Of a stretch of DNA of 64,000 bases, positions 59,317 to 64,000 are shown piece by piece. A model generated the notes under the pieces. That model was given only the letters and a program-made list of their open reading frames with translations. It was not told the DNA's origin and made no database searches. The position numbers and the translations under genes were made by a program. The stretch comes from Patescibacteria group bacterium (lineage in GTDB: Bacteria > Patescibacteriota > Minisyncoccia > Phycocordibacterales > UBA9973): the NCBI GenBank assembly GCA_040384805.1, contig JAZKIP010000004.1:10255-74254 (forward strand). The letters run 5' to 3'. The number at the start of each line of letters is the position of its first letter. The stretch's first letter is position 1.

Positions 59317-60048
59317 ATGATCATACTTATCAGCATCCTGGCTTTTATCATGACTCTTTTGGGAGGCCTTTTCGCCCTTCGATTCAAGGATAAGCTTCAC
59401 CTTATACTCGGGTTCAGCGCGGGCGCCATTATCGCCGTTGCGTTCTTCGATCTCATACCAGAAGCTCTGGAACTTGGCGCAAGCGCGTATACGACGCATG
59501 AAATTATTTCCCTTATCGCGGTCGGCTTCTTTTTCTTTATGATCCTCGATCGCTTCGTTATCTTTCACAGCCATCATTCCGACGACGGGCACGAACACGG
59601 CCATGACCGCCCGAAACGGGGACAGCTCGGAGCGGGAAGCCTTGCCATCCACAGCTTTCTCGACGGTCTTGCGATTGGCTTGGCTTTCCAGGTTTCAAGC
59701 GCCGTCGGCGTGATCGTTACGACCGCCGTCCTTGTCCATGATTTTTCCGACGGCATCAATACGGTCAATCTGATTCTTAAAAACAAAGGAAGCGTGAAGA
59801 CGGCCCGCAAGTGGCTTGTGATCGACGCGCTTGCGCCTGTTTTAGGCGTCAGTGCCACGATGTTTTTTTCTTTACCCGCATCTGCCCTCGGGATCATCCT
59901 TGCGATGTTTGCAGGATTCTTTCTTTATATCGGCGCGAGCGACTTGCTGCCTGAAAGCCATCACGGGCATCCGCGGGCATGGACGACGATCGCGACTCTC
60001 ATCGGAGTGGCGGTACTCTATGGAGCGATCCAATTAGCAGGAGTCTAG
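59317..60048 (+). CDS. ZIP-family metal transporter
   Basis: DLIPEA, His-rich loop, HSFLDG, HDFSDG, DLLPE. Confidence 0.92.
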   Translation: MIILISILAFIMTLLGGLFALRFKDKLHLILGFSAGAIIAVAFFDLIPEALELGASAYTTHEIISLIAVGFFFFMILDRFVIFHSHHSDDGHEHGHDRPKRGQLGAGSLAIHSFLDGLAIGLAFQVSSAVGVIVTTAVLVHDFSDGINTVNLILKNKGSVKTARKWLVIDALAPVLGVSATMFFSLPASALGIILAMFAGFFLYIGASDLLPESHHGHPRAWTTIATLIGVAVLYGAIQLAGV

Positions 60049-60049
60049 A

Positions 60050-60721
60050 TCAGCCTTTTATCCTGTATTCATTAACTGTATTGTGAGCCATGCGCGTCGG
60101 CTCCGGAAGCCTGTGCTTTAAGACGCACCTTTTTACGATCTCTATGGATTCCTCAAGGGTGATCAAGTGTCCGGGGGAGACGAAGATAGGCTTGACGTTT
60201 TTCTTCGTCCTGATTGCTGCGCCGATGATTTCGGTCTTATTGAATTTATCGTAGAGATACGAGATCGATCCGGGAACGTTTGCCGGTTCTGTATAGATTC
60301 CGGTCAGGACGCTTTTGGCGCAGCCGATCGTCGGTACATTCAAAACAAGCCCGAGATGGGTTGCGATGCCCAACCTGCGCGGATGAGCGATGCCCACGCC
60401 GTCAACGACGATGACATCCGGTTTCTTTTTTAATTTTTCCCAGGCTTTCAAAAGCATTGGGATCTCGCGGAATGAGAGAAGTCCGGGAATGTACGGGAAT
60501 CCGATCGTGTCTTTGATGACGCTGTGATCGACGACCGAAAGATCAGGATATGAAAGAGTAACGAATCCGGCAAAGCCGTCCGCGGCAAAGAGATTCATGC
60601 TGACATCGGCTCCGCCGATATATGAGACTTTTCGTTCAAGGGGAATAAGCCTTACTTTGTCCTTCAGCGTTTTCTGTATTTCGATCGCCTCTTTGGGCGT
60701 GACGCTCCAGATAGTTTTCAT
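60050..60721 (-). CDS. nfi: endonuclease V
   Basis: FPYIPGLLSFRE, DGVGIAHPRRLGIATH, IGCAKS, RLPEPTR.AH. Confidence 0.96.
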   Translation of the reverse strand: MKTIWSVTPKEAIEIQKTLKDKVRLIPLERKVSYIGGADVSMNLFAADGFAGFVTLSYPDLSVVDHSVIKDTIGFPYIPGLLSFREIPMLLKAWEKLKKKPDVIVVDGVGIAHPRRLGIATHLGLVLNVPTIGCAKSVLTGIYTEPANVPGSISYLYDKFNKTEIIGAAIRTKKNVKPIFVSPGHLITLEESIEIVKRCVLKHRLPEPTRMAHNTVNEYRIKG

Positions 60722-61185
60722 TAGTTCTTGCTGAAAGTTTTGAAAGGAGGCTGAATAATCTGAGGCGGGTTATTCACCGCCTTGCTCAAGTAATCGCGAT
60801 ATGTGCCGATTTTTTCGAGAGCCTTTCTCTTGTTCTCAGGATTGTTTGCGGAGGGAACTATATGATGGTGAGTATTATAAAGAGACCGGGAGTTCTTTTT
60901 TGTAGATAAATATTCGTCAACAGCTTGACCTGTTAAAACCATTTCATCATTGGAATTTTTCTGACGTTCCAAGATCCAAGTGAAAAATCCCGCGTCAAAG
61001 TCCCCGGGAATCGCCAGAATTTCTTTCTCCACTCTCCCGAGTTTTTCTTTATATTTTCTAGCTTCTTCTAGGAAAAGCTCTGTAGCCTGCCTTTCTTTTT
61101 CGAATACGGAATCGATTCCCTTATCCATCTTCGACCTCTCTTCGCTGTTTATTTTTTCATTAAAAAATGAAAACTGTTTGTCCAT
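60721..61185 (-). CDS. hypothetical protein, paralog of 63038-63514
   Basis: P.DFD..FF..IL and LEKI..YR motifs shared. Confidence 0.75.
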   Translation of the reverse strand: MDKQFSFFNEKINSEERSKMDKGIDSVFEKERQATELFLEEARKYKEKLGRVEKEILAIPGDFDAGFFTWILERQKNSNDEMVLTGQAVDEYLSTKKNSRSLYNTHHHIVPSANNPENKRKALEKIGTYRDYLSKAVNNPPQIIQPPFKTFSKN

Positions 61186-61245
61186 AGATGAAGTATATAG
61201 CAAATAAAGAGAATATGTAAAGACGGCGACGAGGCGCGAATCCGG

Positions 61246-63036
61246 CTAAAAGGCTTCAGTCAGTGATCTGTAAAGGTCTTTGCCCAGATGCTCTTTGAGC
61301 CGTTCTTTTGCTTTTGTGTGCAGGAGTTCCATATAGTGATTTCTCGTTTCAGGAGTGACGAAGTTGTCAAGAAAGGTGTGGAAACTCTTTATAAAAGAAG
61401 CGATATTTTGGACCAAAGCTTGTTCTTGGGTTTCAGCCTTTTCGATATGCCTGAAACCTCCCCTGCCCCCGATGAAGTGCCTAACGGAGCCGCTATCTTT
61501 ATTGCAGGTATACGAGAAAGATTCCTGCGGGCTCATTATCTGCTTTCGGTCCTCAGAGATTTTAATCATATCATCGAGGGCATACTTAAGCAGGAAAGAA
61601 ATATTAGGGATTGTATCGATCTTTTGCTTCTGAAATCGTTCCGCCTCTTTGCCGAATAAAAGAACTTCATGGGGAGATAGACTAAGATCAACCGTCGTAG
61701 TGTCTGTCTCGTTCACATCAGGCCTTTCAAAAAGAGAGAATGTCCTGACTCCAAGAATATCTTTCAGCCGGCGGTGAATCTGGCGTTCTTCAAAAGGAGT
61801 TACATCCCCCTCGGCATATCCGGCTCTTTTATAGGCATCAGCTATAATGCGAGCAGAAGCCTTTAGCGTGCCGGAATGATGAGCGGAGAAAGGTTTTTTA
61901 AAGAGAATTTTATTTTTATCGAAACTATTGATGAATGTGGAGTTGTCGGCGGAATCATATATCTCGTCCGAAAGACTGTAGAATTGCTTCGGCCGAGCGG
62001 CAAGTAGAAGGCGGGCCTGTGTATCGAGCACCAGATCCGTATCGTTATGCATTGAAGGTGAATGGGAATAGTCGGCACCTGCCATCACCACGACAGGAAC
62101 CTCGCGACCTGCTTCTTGCAAGGAAGCCCGAATCATCTCTTGCAGATGAGGGATTGCCTGTCTGTATTGTTCGGCGTTCGTTATGCTGCCTGTTAATTTT
62201 TTATTCTCGTTGTTTACCGAATCATAGTAATTGCCTCCCATTATGCCGATGTCGATCGTACCGGGTTTGGCGCGCAAAACAAGCTCTGCAAGACTGATAG
62301 CAAGATCGTTCTTGAAATTCTCTTTCTCTGTGGAAAGAAAAAAGCTCGGATTTTGGTGCGATAAGAATGATATTTGTTTTCCGGTTTCTTTATCTTCCGC
62401 GACCGCCAGAATGCTCGAGCAATTTTTATATGAATGAGATCGCTTTGGGCTTTCATCTACGCCGGAGATGACATATCCCGGAAAGCCTCCTCGCATGCCT
62501 TGTTTCTCTGTATTTTCCTTATCATCATAATAATTAACGAGAGTTCCTTCGATAAATTGCCTGCCTGCTCCTTCTCCGAGCGCAAAGCGTATATATTGCT
62601 TTGGATCGGAGGAATCGTACATGCGGAGCTTTATGCGGTCCCGCTCGGCATTTTCAAGGTGAGTGCCTTTAAGCGAATCGGGAATACTGTTCTTTTGATA
62701 GAGCCGCGTTTCTTCTTGCACATAACCTTCCTTTTTGAAGAAATTAAGGATTCTTACAATATCTGCCTTCTGATTTTTAAAAATTGCGGAAGGAGAACGT
62801 GCCTCCTTTCGTTTTAAAGATACCAGCACGTCGGTTATCTTCTCGGGATTTTCTTTTAAATAATTCTTCGCATCTTCCGGTGAGTGTATCCCGACACCAA
62901 TGTCCACTCCAAGCTCGCGGCAGATATCGTAAAGGTCTGCGAAAACCTTGTTCTTTGCTTCCGATCGGTTTTCAGGCTCAGGAGTGTTGTCCTTGCGTGG
63001 CCCGGGTTTGGGGAGATGGTTTCCTATTTTTTCCAT
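61246..63036 (-). CDS. hypothetical protein with central CheD-like Cys...His domain
   Basis: YKNCSSILAVAEDKETGKQISFLSHQNP...GTIDIGIMGG. Confidence 0.75.
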   Translation of the reverse strand: MEKIGNHLPKPGPRKDNTPEPENRSEAKNKVFADLYDICRELGVDIGVGIHSPEDAKNYLKENPEKITDVLVSLKRKEARSPSAIFKNQKADIVRILNFFKKEGYVQEETRLYQKNSIPDSLKGTHLENAERDRIKLRMYDSSDPKQYIRFALGEGAGRQFIEGTLVNYYDDKENTEKQGMRGGFPGYVISGVDESPKRSHSYKNCSSILAVAEDKETGKQISFLSHQNPSFFLSTEKENFKNDLAISLAELVLRAKPGTIDIGIMGGNYYDSVNNENKKLTGSITNAEQYRQAIPHLQEMIRASLQEAGREVPVVVMAGADYSHSPSMHNDTDLVLDTQARLLLAARPKQFYSLSDEIYDSADNSTFINSFDKNKILFKKPFSAHHSGTLKASARIIADAYKRAGYAEGDVTPFEERQIHRRLKDILGVRTFSLFERPDVNETDTTTVDLSLSPHEVLLFGKEAERFQKQKIDTIPNISFLLKYALDDMIKISEDRKQIMSPQESFSYTCNKDSGSVRHFIGGRGGFRHIEKAETQEQALVQNIASFIKSFHTFLDNFVTPETRNHYMELLHTKAKERLKEHLGKDLYRSLTEAF

Positions 63037-63037
63037 T

Positions 63038-63514
63038 TTAATTTTCCCTGTTATCTCTCTTGGATTTATGCATGGCGGGCAGATCGGCTATTCTGATGCG
63101 CAGGATCTCGCGATAGTCCCTGATTTTTTCGAGCATCTCTTCCGTATCGCTTAGATTGTTTTCGGGAAAAGTCGCGTAAAAATTCGGATTATGTAGAATT
63201 CGCAGCCCGGACTTTTTTTCCGCATATTCTTCGATTGAGCGGGACAGAACGGCTTCTTCGGTAAGATCATTCTTCTGGTTTCCAAGAAGGATTTTCTTGA
63301 AAAACTCCGTATCGAAATCCTCGGGATGTTCGAGGATGCTGCTCTCTGCTCTTACGATTTGCTCTTCCAGAATAGCGGTTTCTTTCTGGATGAGGGCCTG
63401 GCGTTCTTCCTCGCGAAATCGTTCCTGATCAAAAACGGCGTTGGCTGTTGTGTGTGCTTGATCTCGTTCCTTTTTATTTCCTCCTTTGAAATATAAAAAT
63501 CCTTTATTATCCAT
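63038..63514 (-). CDS. hypothetical protein, paralog of 60721-61185
   Basis: VF..ER, PEDFDTEFFKKIL, LEKIRDYR. Confidence 0.75.
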   Translation of the reverse strand: MDNKGFLYFKGGNKKERDQAHTTANAVFDQERFREEERQALIQKETAILEEQIVRAESSILEHPEDFDTEFFKKILLGNQKNDLTEEAVLSRSIEEYAEKKSGLRILHNPNFYATFPENNLSDTEEMLEKIRDYREILRIRIADLPAMHKSKRDNREN

Positions 63515-63568
63515 ACATGACAGTATATAGGAAAATCGGCAAATAGGGGAATATGGTATTATGATCAT

Positions 63569-64000
63569 ATGCCACCTAAAAAAAGGGCACAACCCCAGTC
63601 AAATCTCTTTAGCCTCTTGAAGCCCTACCGGGGGCTCGTTATTCTTCTGGTGATCCTGACCGTCCTGCCGTCGGCTCTTAATCTTGCGGTGCCCCAGATC
63701 ATCGCCCGCGCTATTGATACCTTCACGGCCGGGAATTTTTCTCTGCGGACGGTCATTATCGAGTTCTCGATCGTGGCAATCCTTATATTCATCTTCACGT
63801 ATCTTCAAAATATCGTTCAGGTTTATGCGGCTGAGCGCGTAGCGCGCGATCTGCGCACGAAGCTTGCCGCGAAAATTTCTCTTCAGGACTATGCATTCGT
63901 CGAGGATAGGGGATCGGCGACGCTTCTGACGAATCTGACAAGCGATGCTGATGCGGTCAAAAACTTCGTTTCGCAGGCGATCTCTTCCATTATCTCCTCG
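63569..64000 (+). CDS. ABC transporter permease/ATPase, N-terminal part (runs off right edge)
   Basis: MPPKKRAQ...LLKPYR...PQIIARAID...ERVARDLR...LLTNLTSDADAVK. Confidence 0.85.
   Translation, partial: MPPKKRAQPQSNLFSLLKPYRGLVILLVILTVLPSALNLAVPQIIARAIDTFTAGNFSLRTVIIEFSIVAILIFIFTYLQNIVQVYAAERVARDLRTKLAAKISLQDYAFVEDRGSATLLTNLTSDADAVKNFVSQAISSIISS

Noticed and set aside
1-64000. Alternative genetic code (UGA=Gly as in Gracilibacteria/Absconditabacteria)
   Set aside because: Conserved genes are full length under code 11 and several end in TGA.
1-64000. Second DGR target in this window
   Set aside because: No other copy of the TR core or of GGTGTGTGCTTCGG was seen by eye; a computational search could still find a diverged one.

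Overview
Chromosomal segment of a small-genome bacterium, most likely Patescibacteria/CPR (Parcubacteria-like), inferred from gene content: short HolA, two PilB/GspE ATPases, a CxxC-rich CPR-type protein, DUF11 and peptidase-S74 surface proteins. Standard code 11. Housekeeping genes (tsaE, polA, mutM, ruvA, rpsT, nfi, tRNA-Lys, tRNA-Arg) alternate with accessory blocks. Highlights: (1) a diversity-generating retroelement at 44.4-47.0 kb, with a 103-nt TR/VR pair in which 19 of 20 mismatches fall on TR adenines, avd inverted between TR and RT, and an RT frameshifted just before YADD; (2) a serine-recombinase island in tRNA-Arg(GCG) whose att core lies inside the recombinase 3' end, so excision would swap the enzyme's C-terminus, followed by a second cassette bounded by a related multi-hairpin module; (3) a similar cassette-like arrangement below tRNA-Lys, with a 110-bp two-hairpin element duplicated around a Fic gene; (4) a shared 5'-leader hairpin motif, loopless palindromes, apparently leaderless genes, and candidate effector domains (TIR, CheD-like Cys/His). 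All calls are by eye; no database searches were run.
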